From positions 15,314,001 to 15,378,000 of the forward strand of contig NC_043021.1 of the NCBI RefSeq assembly GCF_006345805.1: DNA of 64,000 bases. The letters run 5' to 3'. Source of the DNA: Octopus sinensis (Eukaryota). A program made the translations under genes and the position numbers. How positions within the stretch are numbered: the stretch's first letter is position 1; every line of letters begins with the position of its first letter. Positions 13,893 through 26,619 of this stretch are shown one piece after another. The notes under the pieces are model-generated. The model saw only the letters and a program-made list of their open reading frames with translations, was not told the DNA's origin and made no database searches.

Positions 13893-14150
13893 ATGCTGGC
13901 ATGGGCTGGATGGTTTGACAGGAGCTGGCAACACCAGGCTTCATTATTTTGGCATGGTTTTTACAGCTGGATGCCTTTCCAAATGCCAACAACTTTACAG
14001 AGTGTATTGAGTGCTTTTTATGTGGCACCAGCACAGGTGCTTTTATGTGACACCATCGCAGGTGCTTTTTATGTGGCACCAGTACTGGTGCTTTTTATGT
14101 GGAACCAGCACTGGTGCTTTTTATGTGCTTTTCCTGTGGTACCAGCACTG
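13893..14150 (-). mobile_element. Repeat family D (SINE-like) with internal ~24-bp tandem units
   Basis: CAGCTGGATGCC(C/T)TTCC...GCCAAC block followed by 5-6 GTGCTTTT(T)ATGTGGCACCAGCAC units. Confidence 0.7.
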
Positions 14151-15496
14151 ACAACCTTACAGAAAGACAAAAAAAGACAAAGGCCCCTCGACTTACAAAA
14201 GCCTGAAGGAGACAGGCTTTAGACGGTTTTAAATAATATATGTAATTCCTATTAAATGTGTTGAGTGCTCTTTTCTTTCACTCGTCCACTCACTTGTATG
14301 TGTGTGTGTATGTATGTATGTATGTATATATATAATATGTCTGTAAAAGATATAAACTATTGGTTATATATGACTAAATGCAGAATGCATGTATGTTTCA
14401 CCATTATATAGCAGTGAAAGGGATAAGCCATCAGTGACAAAAAAAGCAAAAACAAAACTAGTGACACTTTCTTGTTACCGTTTTTGCCGCCAGGAATGCA
14501 GTGAATCAGTAATTGGGCTATTCTGGAATCTTGGAACCCATGATAGTGTTACTGTTTACTAATTGCGATAGATAACAAAATGAATAGGGAAAAAAAAAAA
14601 AAAAAGTTGGTGGGTACTGTTATCCATTCTGTTTCGAAAGCAGATGCAAAAATTGTCCATTATTTCTTCTGAATACTGCTGTAAAAATCAAAAAAAGCGT
14701 TCTTTTAAAAACAAACCAATATCGAAAATGGTGCAGAAGTTGGAGTGTGTCAGAGAGAATTGGAGAGGTAAACTAAAATATGGTTGATTATAATATTTGT
14801 TGTTGTTGTTGTTTTTTAAGCAAAAAACAACAAAACAAAACAAAAAAAAAATGAAAAAAAAAAATGAAAAAGCAAATTTTCAAGACTATTGAAGCTTGCT
14901 TATGAGCAAGGAAATTAATGGTAAGGAATCTATATTTGGATATTGATTCCAACATTGACGGTGGCATTCTTTGAATAAAGTATCACCGAAGGTTATAAGA
15001 AATTGAAATACAGGAAATGGCTGCCTACATCTCCAAAAACTATGCTTGTCATTCATTTGTAGGTTACAATAAATAAATAAGTGCTTTTAGTTCTAAATTT
15101 CGAAATTTATATTTATAATATGCATGCCTTTCTTCCCCGTCCCCCATCCATCACACATTTGCATTCTCTCTCTCTCAAATTCACTCACTCATTGTGTTTC
15201 TCTCCCCTAACATTTAAAAAAAAAAACTATCTTTGGTTCTGGCATCTTTTTATGTCAAAATAATTCTTTTTCGGAATTTTAGATTTTGCAATTTCAGTTT
15301 TTTTCTTCAGTATTCCTGGAAATATTTCTCCATTGTTCTTTGTGCTCTTGGCAAGATTCTTCTACCACAGTGAAAATCTTTAAACTGTTTTGGTACCAAC
15401 CTACCTGAGACTGCCTCTGATTCTACAATACAGACTCCCAGTTCTAAAATGGTCTTAATTAAAACTTTCCTACAGAATTTCATTCCAATTTATGTT

Positions 15497-15896
15497 ACTC
15501 TTTACTCTTTACTCTTTTACTTGTTTCAGTCATTTGACTGCGGCCATGCTGGAGCACCGCCTTTAGTCGAGCAAATCGACCCCGGGACTTATTCTTTGTA
15601 AGCCCAGTACTTATTCTATCAGTCTCTTTTGCCGAACCGCTAAGTGACGGGGACGTAAACACACCAGCATCGGTTGTCAAGCAATGCTAGGGGGACAAAC
15701 ACTGACACACACATATACATATATATACATATATACGACAGGCTTCTTTCAGTTTCCGTCTACCAAATCCACTCACAAGGCATTGGTCGGCCCGGGGCTA
15801 TAGCAGAAGACACTTGCCCAAGATGCCATGCTGTGGGACTGAACCCGCAACCATGTGGTTGGTTAGCAAGCTACTTACCACAGCCACTCCTGCGCC
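15497..15896 (-). mobile_element. Full-length young SINE family A inserted in a family G MITE
   Basis: (GAGTAAAA)n tail and TSD TATGTT (15491-15496, 15897-15902). The MITE halves at 15381-15494 and 15900-16007 rejoin across it. Confidence 0.9.
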
Positions 15897-16153
15897 TATG
15901 TTCTTAACATCAGCTTAATAATGACAAAGTAATTTTCCTGAATTTTTCAATATTTTCAACATGGATTGAAACAAGGTATTTCAACAGAAATATGGTAACA
16001 GAAAGGTGAAACTTTTTTCTACTTACCTGTTTGAGACCATTCCCAATACTATGCTACACATTTCCTGTTCTAAAGTGTGCTAAATTAAAACTGTCCATCA
16101 AATTCCATTTTATTTTATGCGCCAATAGTGATAAATTTATTTTATGGAATTCT

Positions 16154-16288
16154 TTATTACTGCCTCCGCCTTAGTAAAGGTGGAGGTATTGTTTTGAGTC
16201 ATGTTTGTTTGTTTGTCTGTGGACAATATATCTCAAGAACCGCTGGAGGGATTAGGATGAAACTTTCAGGGATGTTTGGCCTCATGAC
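16154..16288 (+). mobile_element. Helentron-associated (HINE/DINE-1-like) 5' fragment
   Basis: T-rich start, a GCCTCCGCCTT-loop-AAGGTGGAGGT hairpin, a (TGTT)n/GTCT microsatellite, then GATT..GATGAAACTTT. Confidence 0.55.
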
Positions 16289-17382
16289 ATTGACTGCAGT
16301 GCTCTACTGGTACTTATGTTATCAGCCCCCAAAATATAAATGGTAAAGTCAATCTTGGCAGAATCTGAACTCAGACTCTGACTGTAGAGTCTGAAGGAAT
16401 GCTGCTAAACATTTTGTCCATCAAACTAATGTTTCTGCTAGCTTGCCACCTTAAAATATTTCCTATTTCTGAGTTTGCCAGAGTATAAATAATAATAATA
16501 ATAATAATCATCACCATTCGACTACTAAGCTCATTTATCAAAATATCTACTTAACGCTGCTAAATACAGACACATTAAATATATATTAAGTCCATTTCTG
16601 ATATTGTCTCTCTGTTTTGCTTTGCTATCTTTGGTATCAGTTACAGTTTTAAATCTGGCTGCTCTAGCTTTTACTTCTTGATTGATTGCTACAGTGACAA
16701 TCCTCCCATGACACCCACATTTTGCGTTGTTTATGAAGTTGAGTTAGGCTAATTTCATTTCGTTCCCCGAATGGATGGAAGATAGTTAATTCCAGAAGGG
16801 TTGGTTGACTCCGGAACATTAAGGGATGTTACTAAATAACACTTTCAAATTTTGGCACAAGGCCAGCAAATCCAGGGCAGGAGACAAGTTGGGGTCACAT
16901 TGACCCCAGTACTCAGCTGGTACTTATTTTATTGACCCTGAATTGGTGAAAGACTAAGTCAACCACTTGGTCTGTTATGTACTCTAGCAACATGTAAGCT
17001 AATGAGCAGGCCTCGATGTGGTGTTTCAACCTACTAGAAATAGCAGCACAATCTCTTTCAAATCACACTCTACCATCTTTAGAGAAAAGGAGAAATATAG
17101 TGGGTAATGAAGTCCAGAGTAGGGAGACTGTACTCAACAGAGATGGTCATGGCTTCAGCCACTTTTGATGAACAGAGAAACAAAAGCTGAAAGTATTCAG
17201 AAAATGAACACCCATGTATAAGCATTTAGATATTTATGTATTTACTAAATGAATTTACATGGAGTACAAAAAAATACAGAAAACTAAGGGAGAGAGAGGC
17301 ATGTTTCTGGGAGTTTGGAATTATGCAGTCGTTGTAATGTCCATAATTAACTGATGGAATGTGCAATATGTATATATTTCAA

Positions 17383-17592
17383 AATGTAACCAAATTTCGA
17401 TCATTGGCAATTTTTTTCCTCCATCTTCCTTTTCTGTTGGACTTTCCTCCATCTCCTGTTTCTGACGAAGAGCTTTGCTCGAAACGTAAAACTACCTTTC
17501 GTTCCTTCCCTGAGCGTCTGCTAATACTTTGCATGTACCACGTCCTCACGTTGTTGCTTTTTTCTTGTGTTTTTTCTTTTTTTTTTATTAAC
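17383..17592 (+). mobile_element. ~200-bp hammerhead-bearing element, family E1 (Penelope pLTR/retrozyme-like)
   Basis: Homologous to 53281-53487 and 59597-59803 (minus) and weakly to 4600-4810. Ends in (TA)n. Confidence 0.7.
17458..17492 (+). ncRNA. Minimal type I hammerhead ribozyme motif
   Basis: GUUU-CUGACGA-A-GAGC(UUU)GCUC-GAAA-CGUA/AAAC: helix I GUUU:AAAC, 4-bp helix II, palindromic ACGU helix III, GUA cleavage triplet. Confidence 0.75.
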
Positions 17593-17609
17593 TGTATACA
17601 TACATATAT

Positions 17610-17658
<49 letters not shown>

Positions 17659-19149
17659 GCACACACACACACACACATATACATACACACACACATATGA
17701 GGGGGTGCTGAAAAGTTCCTGGCTTTAAGGGTTTTGGGAAAGGCCTAGTTGGAGGCCCAACATTCCAAGATCTTTTACAGGGCTTAGAAAGACTGAAGGA
17801 CCGCTGCAATAAGTGTATGAATCTGAGAGGTGAATAGGTTGAATAAAATCATAATTCACTGACCTTCTTGTATATTCTTTTACCTGAAGCCAAGAACTTT
17901 TTCTGCACCCCATCATACACACACACACACCATCATTATTTAACATCTGTTCTCCATGCTGGCATGGGTTGGATGATCTGAAGGAACTAACAAACCAGAG
18001 GATTGCATCAAACTCTACTGACTGCTCTACATGGTTTCTACTTCTAGATGCACTTCCCACTTTGCAGAGAATACTGGGTGCATTTTAGATGCACATATAT
18101 ATTCTGGTTGTGCATCTGTGTTGCTGTCTCCATGCTTCGATATCACATGATAGTTGTAAGCTAGTGTCACTGTCGTATGAGCATTGTCCTTTGTTATAAA
18201 TCTGCTGAGAAAACATGTCTTGTCATGGGGAAAATTTTACCTTATTTGGAAACAGTTGAGTGTTGGCAACAGGAAGAGCATCTGGCTGTAAAAATTCTTA
18301 TCTCAACGAATTCCATCTGATTCATCTGGGCATCAGATTTCTCTGTCACATCTAGAGCTTAATTATTCACATTGTTTTGAATCAATCATGTATTATCTGA
18401 AGGTCTTCAAGGTTTTGATGCCGTGAATGTTTATTTGTAGGGTTGGTGTGAGAGACTGCATATAGCCATTTTGAACACAAAACAGGCAGAATATTTGGGC
18501 CAGATGTGGGCCAGTTTAAATGCCAGGGGTTAAGATGTACAAGCACAAAGTTGAACAGCACTAAAAATGCACTTGCATTTGGCACTCTACCATTTCTCTT
18601 GATGCTAGCACCTCTCAATGACAAGAAAACTGAAGCAAAGAAAGAATATTGATTGTCAGACACAAGACAAGAATTCATTTTCTGTTGTGTAAATTTACAT
18701 GTTTGGAGTGCATTATCTGAGCAACACTATTTCCTTCTTTCATTCTAACACATCGTTATTAGCAGTTCTTTGATGATGATAAATAAATTATAACTGGCTA
18801 ATTATTTTGTCTCTGCTTTAGATTTTCCACACCAGTTATATTAACAGAATTCTTGTAAAATTTATTTCTACTCTGGTTTGGTTAGGTTTGGTTTTGTGTA
18901 ATGTGGGGTATGGTTTGGTTTGGTGTGGCATGTGATTTTCGTGTGATTTATTCTGCTATTGTAATGGTAAGTTTTGCCATTTCTTTTCAAAAGCATCTGT
19001 TTTCTTGTCTGTACTGTTTCCTCTGTTGGTGCTTAATATTAGATGTGAATAAATATTACATCTAACGTACAAGTTGCTTTCTTCTACTTCAATGGCTTTG
19101 TTTGTTTTTGTGATTGTTGATTAATTAATTAAATAAATCATTTATTTGA

Positions 19150-19552
19150 AGGCTCGAGCATGGCTGTGTGGTTAAGAAGCTTGCCCTGCAACCATGCAGT
19201 TTCAGGTTCAGTCACACTGTGCAGCACCTTGGGCAAGTGCCTTGTACTATACCCCCGTGCTGACCACTGTCTTGTGGGTGAATTTGGTAGGCAGAAACTG
19301 TGTGGAAGCCTGTCATACATTTGTGTGTGTGTGTGTGTGTGTGTCTGTGTCTGTCTATGTGTTTGTCCTCTCCACAGCTTGACAACCAGTGTTGGTTTGT
19401 TTACATCCCAGTAACTTAGCTTCTCGGCGAAAATGTTTGATAAAACAAGTACCAGACTTTAAAATAAGTACTGGGTTCCATTTTTTCAACTAAACCCATC
19501 ATGGTGATGCCCCAGCATGGCAACAGTCCAATGCCTGAAGCAAGAGATAAAA
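19150..19552 (+). mobile_element. SINE family A, diverged full length
   Basis: Head, CACCTTGGGCAAGTG core, (GT)n and tail all present. Confidence 0.8.
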
Positions 19553-20263
19553 GATTTTTTCCAGATGAAGTATATAGATGAATAGTGTATTGTAGAACCA
19601 TTGTCTATTAGTTGTTGATGTGTTTTGACCCCAGGCAAGCCCTGATCAAGCAGAGCTCTGATCTAAGTTGTTCCAGCCACCATCTTACTGTCTTTTAATA
19701 TATCAGGTTCATTGTTCAGTGTACCCTTCTTTATTTCAAACAGTAGTATGTGACTTAGGGTGCGATTTAGTTTCTATATCTAGTCAATCAAATGACCATG
19801 CAGAGTTTCCTTTTGTCTCCTGTGTTTCTTTTACATTACATTTATTAATTTTTTCCATGATAGCATGAATACATATTGTTGAAGTGTTGTTTTGCAACCT
19901 GATGGATGCACTTGCTGTTGCTAACCCTTACCTGTTTTTCCAGCAAAATGTTATTTCATTTTTGTATGTCTTCAAAAGTACAAAGCTACTAGACATTTTG
20001 TTGACAGAGAAACGACAGTGGAGGGCATTGACAATAGCGCATGTGCCATGTGATTACAGATTGTAAACATCCTTGCAGACATGCTTGCATGCATGCATGC
20101 ACATGCACACATTCATACACACACATCACATCACATCACAAAGCACCTCCCATGTACTTTTACAAGGTGAGGAATACTAGAGACTTTATAGTTTCAACCT
20201 GCTAACTTTCATTGGACTGTGGTACATTTGGGTTCATCTCGGCTTTATATTGCCAAATGTAGC

Positions 20264-20307
20264 ACAGTCTGATGAAGGTTAGCAGACAGAAACTTTGAAG
20301 TCACAGT
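20264..20307 (+). ncRNA. Degenerate type I hammerhead-like motif (third family)
   Basis: ACAGU-CUGAUGA-A-GGU(UAGCAG)ACA-GAAA-CUU(UG)AAG-UC/ACAGU. Core is intact, with mismatches in helices I and II. Confidence 0.45.
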
Positions 20308-20369
20308 CACTCCTCTTTTTTGTAAAAGTGCAACATACACACACACACACCACACACACACACACACAC

Positions 20370-20409
<40 letters not shown>

Positions 20410-21603
20410 AAAAGCATTGAGTCTTTGTTCAGTTCAGTGTTGAATTGTTTTTGTTATAACTTGACATAAAAACTAGTATTGATAAATATGTCTGAGTGTG
20501 TGTGTGTGTGTGTGTTTTCATCTAACTTGAAGGTATTTTATATATTACTGTTTTTTTTTGTTGTTTGTTTTGCTTATTTAATGATGTTTGTTAGTTAAAA
20601 AAACAACAGACAGACAGATGAATCCTTCATGAGAAATGATTGCAAAACTTATCGACTGATATAAAGTAAAGAGAATCACATGACTGTCTGGGTCTATACA
20701 AGATTGTAGGGGTTTTCGGAGAGAGAGAGTAACGAAGTAATGAAAATATATTTGGTGATGAATCGATATCTGAGTAAATAACAGTTTTTAATAATGATTC
20801 CTAACAATATTTGAATAAATATTATTTCCTAAGTTTTTTTTTGTTTTTGCTCTTTTATTTTTAAGTTCTTTTTTTACAACTTCTGATTTGCACAACAGGC
20901 AGCTTAATGAAAATCCTGCTTTGATGCTGGTGTTGATTGCTGATATTGTTTAGTCCTGGGCTGGCTGTGAAGAAGAAGAAGAAGCAGACTGATGATTAAA
21001 GGCATTCCAACCATGGCCATCTCATTCTCACACACCTTGTGTATCTAGGACTGCATCATCCAATGCACCCAGCTTTTTTAAAATTTTTATCAAAGCACAA
21101 TGTAATTTGGTTGAGATTTAACTACCATTTTTAGCAGGTCGAGTGACCACTTGGATACTCCTTTCTGATTTTTGTTGCTATTCTGTTGCAACTCCTCCTC
21201 CTCATTATTATTATTAAGGCAGTGAGCTGGCAGAATCGTTAGCTCACCGGGCAAAACACTTGTAATTTCATCTATCTTCATGTTTTGAGTTCAAATTCTG
21301 CTGAGGTTGACTTTACTTTTTATCCTTTTTTGGTTGATGAAATAAGTACCAGTTGAGCACAGGGGTTGATGTAACCGACTTAAACCCAAATTTCAGGTCT
21401 TGTGTCTATAGTAGAAAGGATTATTATTATTGTTGTCAGTAGTGGTGGAAAAGGACAAGTGTGGTAGGTGCTTTGATAGGTTAGTAGATGAACTGTGAGG
21501 CTGGACTTGCATCCTGTCAAAAGATTTATGATGCACCCTTGACCAAGACAGCAATTTCAATGGTCAAGTCTACTTAGCTTTAAGTAGGGAATATGAGTGG
21601 TAT

Positions 21604-21986
21604 GGAGGCGCAATGGCCCAGTGGTTAGGGCAGCGGACTTGCGGTCATAGGATCGCGGTTTCGATTCCCAGACCGGGCGTTGTGAGTGTTTATTGAGCGA
21701 AAACACCTAAAAGCTCCACGAGGTTCCGGCAGGGGATGGTGGTGATCCCTGCTGTACTCTTTCACCACAACTTTCTCTCACTCTTACTTCCTGTTTCTGT
21801 TGTACCTGTATTTCAAGGGGCCGACCTTGTCACTCTCTGTGTCACGCTGAATATCCCCGAGAACTACGTTAAGGGTGCACGTGTCTGTGGAGTGCTCAGC
21901 CACTTACACGTTAATTTCACGAGCAGGCTGTTCCGTTGATTTGGATCAACTGGAACCCTCATCATCGTAACCGACGGAGTGCTTCC
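21604..21986 (+). mobile_element. Full-length tRNA-derived SINE family C
   Basis: tRNA-like head GGAGGCGCAATGGCCCAGTGGTTAGGGCAGCGGAC...GGTTTCGATTCCC; perfect 11-bp TSD ATGAGTGGTAT (21593-21603, 21987-21997). Confidence 0.9.
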
Positions 21987-22476
21987 ATGAGTGGTATGAT
22001 TACTATTCTATTCTCTTCCATCAAAATTTTATGCTAGTGTATGTTCCAAGCACCAGCTTAATAAAGACAAACTTATTTTGCTAAATTCTTTTGAGTACTT
22101 TCAAAATTAATTGAAACAAAAAGTAATGTATTTTATCAGAAATATGGTAACAAAAGGGTTAAATATAAGCATTAATATTGTAAGGCAAGAGACTTGGTCT
22201 TGTAGAACCAGAAGCAAGATGGTGGTGAGTTGTATTTGGTTTCCAAATGAGAACTTGTTTGACTTTGCTATAGAAAAACAAACAGCTTTCCAGTTAGTAG
22301 TTAGTGTACTGCTGTTACCTGTATAGTAACTTAATTATTACTACGTATAACTAAACATACCTGTAAATCTTGTTAAGTTTAAACTGACTGACCAGGTAGC
22401 CAGATAAACTGAATGTTACTAATGCACTAGTGTGTTTATGTAGTGCACTGCATATATATATCTGTGTATGTATATA

Positions 22477-22858
22477 TCTCTCTCTATATAAACGGCAGTT
22501 TGTCTGTGCGTTTTCTGTGTATCTGTTTTCTCGTACCCTCACTCTGACCACGGCTTTCAACCGATTCTGATGAAACTTGACACACACATAGCCCAATGTC
22601 ATAATTCAAAACTAATGCAGCGAAAATTTTGAAAAGTTCCCCCAGTTCTGAAAAAAATCGATAAATTCGACATGGGGTCGAGAATCAGAAACCCAAACCA
22701 CAGACCGTCTAGGGGACGCAACTCCACCTTTTTTAACTCTCAAAAAAAATTTACCATCATTTTTTCCCCATTTTTTTCTATTTTTTGGCTATAACTCTCT
22801 AAAAATGCTTTATAGTTATTTCCCTTACAAACCTGAGCAACGCCGGGCGATACTGCTA

Positions 22859-22859
<1 letters not shown>
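22477..22859 (+). mobile_element. Non-autonomous Helitron
   Basis: A|TC 5' end, subterminal hairpin CCTGAGCAACGCCGGG, 3' CTAG|T, no TSD; sits between (TA)n tracts. Confidence 0.75.
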
Positions 22860-22892
<33 letters not shown>

Positions 22893-24146
22893 GTATGTAT
22901 AATTTAGTTTATTGCCTTCAGTATCTGGGGGTTATTCATCATTGTTCTTATTTATTATTTTTCTCCATGCTTACGTGGTTTATCAGGTTTACTCCACTAA
23001 ATCTGTCACCAAACAAATCACGCAAGAAATACAACTTTATCCATATCGGATTCTGTAACTAAATCAATAGATCATAATAGCCCAATGCCCTAATTAAAGC
23101 CGGTTAGATATTCGTTTATGTCTCACTTGTCAGCTATCATATATCTTACATCATCATTTTTATGTCTGTTTCTTCACGGTGGAGTAAATCTCAGTGTGTC
23201 AACACTCAGCGCTCTGTCTTCCATCATTAAATGCCACACACAGCAACAAAGACAAAAGCAAAAAAAAAAAAATAAAAAATAAAAAAATCCCAAACCGGCC
23301 ATCTTTGTTTTTGTGTATGTCATGTATTTTTTTTTTGTTTCATTTGTTTGTTTTGGCTTCTCCTTTTTGCTTTTCGCAAGACAAATAGTTTAACCCCCCT
23401 CCAATCATATATTTGAATTTTCTGCTTGAGTTCCAAAATCCGAAACATGCCTCAATAATCGATTATATTTTGTTGTCATTATCATCATCATTGCTGCTCT
23501 ATAGCCTTCAGATCAGCCTTGCTGGAGAAGAGCATAAATTGTATTCCAGCTGCGACTATCTTGCCCCCCCCCTCTCTCACTCTCTTTTTCTCTTCCAGCT
23601 ATGAATTATCTAGGACTCTGATACAAGTGCATTTGTTTTCATTTTATTTAAATGATAGGGTGTGATGTGAAAGATATTTGGCTGCACTTTCTAGCAGGCT
23701 CAGTGACTTTGCAGAAGCTGTCTCTCACTGAACTAACTAATTATCTGTATTAACTATAGGTGTGGTGGAAATGAAAGTTGTAGTATTGGCCACTTTATGT
23801 AGGGATATTACTGATGTGGGGACATACAAATGTAAATGTTTGGGGTCCTTTCTAATGTGGGTGATGTTACTGATGTAAACGTGTGAGGGCGTTATTTATG
23901 TAAGGGCATTTCTGAGATCAAGGGTCTGTGTGTGGACTTAATTTAGTAATGACACACTCACAAATATATTGAGGTCAGTGAAGTAAACTCACCAACCCAC
24001 TGCTAGTATGGTCACTATTTATAGTGACTGATAACTGTGGTACCTGGTTACAGTTAAGTTTTAAGTTACTGTTGTACCATTTGAGAGTTATGCAATGTTA
24101 CTGATAATTTATGAATGAGTATCTACTCAGCAACCCATCACCCCTC

Positions 24147-24233
<87 letters not shown>

Positions 24234-24283
24234 CATATCATCATCATCATCATTTAACGTCCGCTTTCCATGCTAGCATGGGT

Positions 24284-24315
<32 letters not shown>

Positions 24316-24369
24316 CATATATATGTATATATATATACATATATATATATATAATATATATATATATGT

Positions 24370-24404
<35 letters not shown>

Positions 24405-24476
24405 TAGTCCAACCCATGCCAGCATGGAAAGCGGATGTTAAACGATGATGATGATGATGATATATATAAAAGAAAA

Positions 24477-24584
24477 TAAATGGCACAACGAAGTACCGAT
24501 ATTTACTGGAAAATAGCGAACGTAATAAATACGACGCTAATGTATAGCTTCACTGTAAATATCGGTACTTCGTTGTGCCATTTA
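24477..24584. repeat. Perfect 30-bp inverted repeat with 48-bp spacer (MITE-like foldback)
   Basis: TAAATGGCACAACGAAGTACCGATATTTAC (24477-24506) and its exact reverse complement (24555-24584). Confidence 0.9.
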
Positions 24585-24997
24585 CTCTTTACTCTTTACT
24601 CTTTTACTTGTTTCAGTCATTTGACTGCGGCCATGCTGGAGCACCGCCTTTAGTCGAGCAATTCGACCCCGGGACTTATTCTTTGTAAGCCCAGTACTCA
24701 TTCTATCGGTCTCTTTTGCCGAACCGCTAAGTGACGGGGACGTAAACACACCAGCATCGGTTGTCAAGCAATGCTAAGGGGACGAACACAGACACACAAA
24801 CACACACATACATATATATACATATACATATATACGACAGGCTTCTTTCAGTTTTCGTCTACCAAATTCACTCACAAGGCATTGGTCGGCCCGGGGCTAT
24901 AGCAGAAGACACTTGCCCAAGATGCCACGCAGTGGGACTGAACCCGGAACCATGTGGTTGGTTAGCAAGCTACTTACCACACAGCCACTCCTGCGCC
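24585..24997 (-). mobile_element. Full-length young SINE family A
   Basis: Near-identical to 15497-15896; ATTTA lies on both flanks. Confidence 0.9.
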
Positions 24998-25077
24998 ATT
25001 TATTTACTTTTATGTATAATTTTACCCTCACGGGCTATCCTTTACTGGAAAGCAGTACTCTCATATTGCATTACTAT

Positions 25078-25129
<52 letters not shown>

Positions 25130-25796
25130 CATCATCGTATGTCTGTGTTAAAACACCTGAAAGTCATAGACAGGTGAGATAACTCACCCCAGATCCCATT
25201 TAGGAGTGAGGAACATCGATGTTTTGCCATTTTTGTGGCTTATCACCATCACATGCATGAACTGAATTGAGGGTGGACTGAATTGCCAGTCCATAACTAT
25301 ATACAAATTTATCTTGATTTAGCTGTGAGGCCGCATCATTGCCTCAAGGACCAAGAGTTTTGTACACTGCACTTCGTTAAAAAGTGGCCTTTTGTAAATG
25401 TGAAGCTGCACACAAAACTCTCGTCCCTTCAGTCACTCGTGTAACTTGCACAGTTGAATAAAAAGTGCATGTGTACACACACACACACACAGTGGCATCT
25501 TGCGTCTGAGTAGGTTGGGGTGGGGTGGGGTGGGGGTGAGGTGGGGGAATTATGTTAAGTGTACAGGTGTTTATGGGTTACTCTGTTACTTACACTACTA
25601 ACGAGCATGGAGCAGATAGTGTACCATTGATTTCAACAACTGGAACGCTGGCTGTTGTAAACCGACACCAGATCCATAATTTCCTTCAGAAGTAAAATAT
25701 TCAGCTGGAGTGAAAGAACACAAGAGAGAATTTGATTGAGGAGTTTAGTGTCTTCTACTACTTCTTTTTTTGCCCCCCACCCTCCTCCACCTTTGA

Positions 25797-26334
25797 CTTT
25801 GCCTTCTTCTTCTTTGCCTTCTTCTTCTTTGCCTTCTTCTCCTTCTTCTTTGCCTTCTTCTTCTTTGCCTTCTTCTTCTTTGCCTTCTTCTTTGCCTTCT
25901 TCTTTGCCTTCTTCTTTTTCTTCTTCTTCTTCTTCTTTTCTTCTTCTTTGGCTTCTTCTTCTTCTTTGCCTTCTTCTTCTTTGCCTTCTTCATCTTTGCC
26001 TTCTTCTTCTTTGCCTTCCTCTTCTTTGCCTTCTTCTTCTTTGCCTTCTTCTTCTTCTTTTCTTCTTCTTCTTCTTCTTCTTCTTAGCCTTCTTCTCCTT
26101 TGCTCCTTCTTCTTTGCCCTCTTCTCCTTTTTCCCCTTCTCCTTTGCCTTTTTCTCCTCTGCTCTCCTTTGCCGTTTTCTTCTTTGCTCCTTCTTCTTTG
26201 CCCTCTTCTCCTTCTTTTCCCCCTTCTCCTTTGCTCTTCTTTGCCTTCTTCCCTTTCGCTTTCTTCTCCTTTGCTCTCTTCTTCTTCTTTGCCCTCTTCT
26301 TTGTTTTTGCCTGTTTTGTCTTCTTCTTCTTCTT
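25797..26334. repeat. Polypyrimidine (CTT)n / TTTGCCTTCTTCTTC satellite
   Basis: 12-15-bp units built on CTT triplets that degenerate rightwards; ~540 bp with almost no A on the + strand. Confidence 0.9.
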
Positions 26335-26619
26335 TGAGGAAATTTAAGTGTCTTTCATCCATTGGCGAAGGATGGTCGTTGATGGAGGGAGGGCACAGTA
26401 AATAACAAACAATAATTAGTGAGAAGTTTATTTTATATAATTATTTATTTATTAACTCTTATGATTATACTTTCTAGGGAAATTGTGGAGGGGGAATAAA
26501 AAGTCCAAAATGATAATGATTTAGATAATTTTCGGATTTTTTAAAAAGTTATTTTTGAAATTACTTTGAATAAATTCATGTAGTCGTGGAAATGGATTAA
26601 CACTTTTTTTTATTTATTT

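Noticed and set aside
21604-21675. tRNA gene
   Set aside because: It has A and B boxes but no acceptor stem, continues into a SINE body, and is bounded by a TSD.
22568-22580. Other CTGATGA/CTGAAGA/CTGACGA matches (13248, 20989, 22568, 31999, 48936) as hammerheads
   Set aside because: None is followed by a helix II, GAAA, UH and a closing helix I.
25745-25993. Protamine/H1-like Lys/Arg-rich ORF (MKKAKKKK...RRRQRRR)
   Set aside because: It is one reading of the (CTT)n satellite, and other frames give equally open poly-F, poly-S and poly-L ORFs. No promoter or poly(A) context is evident.
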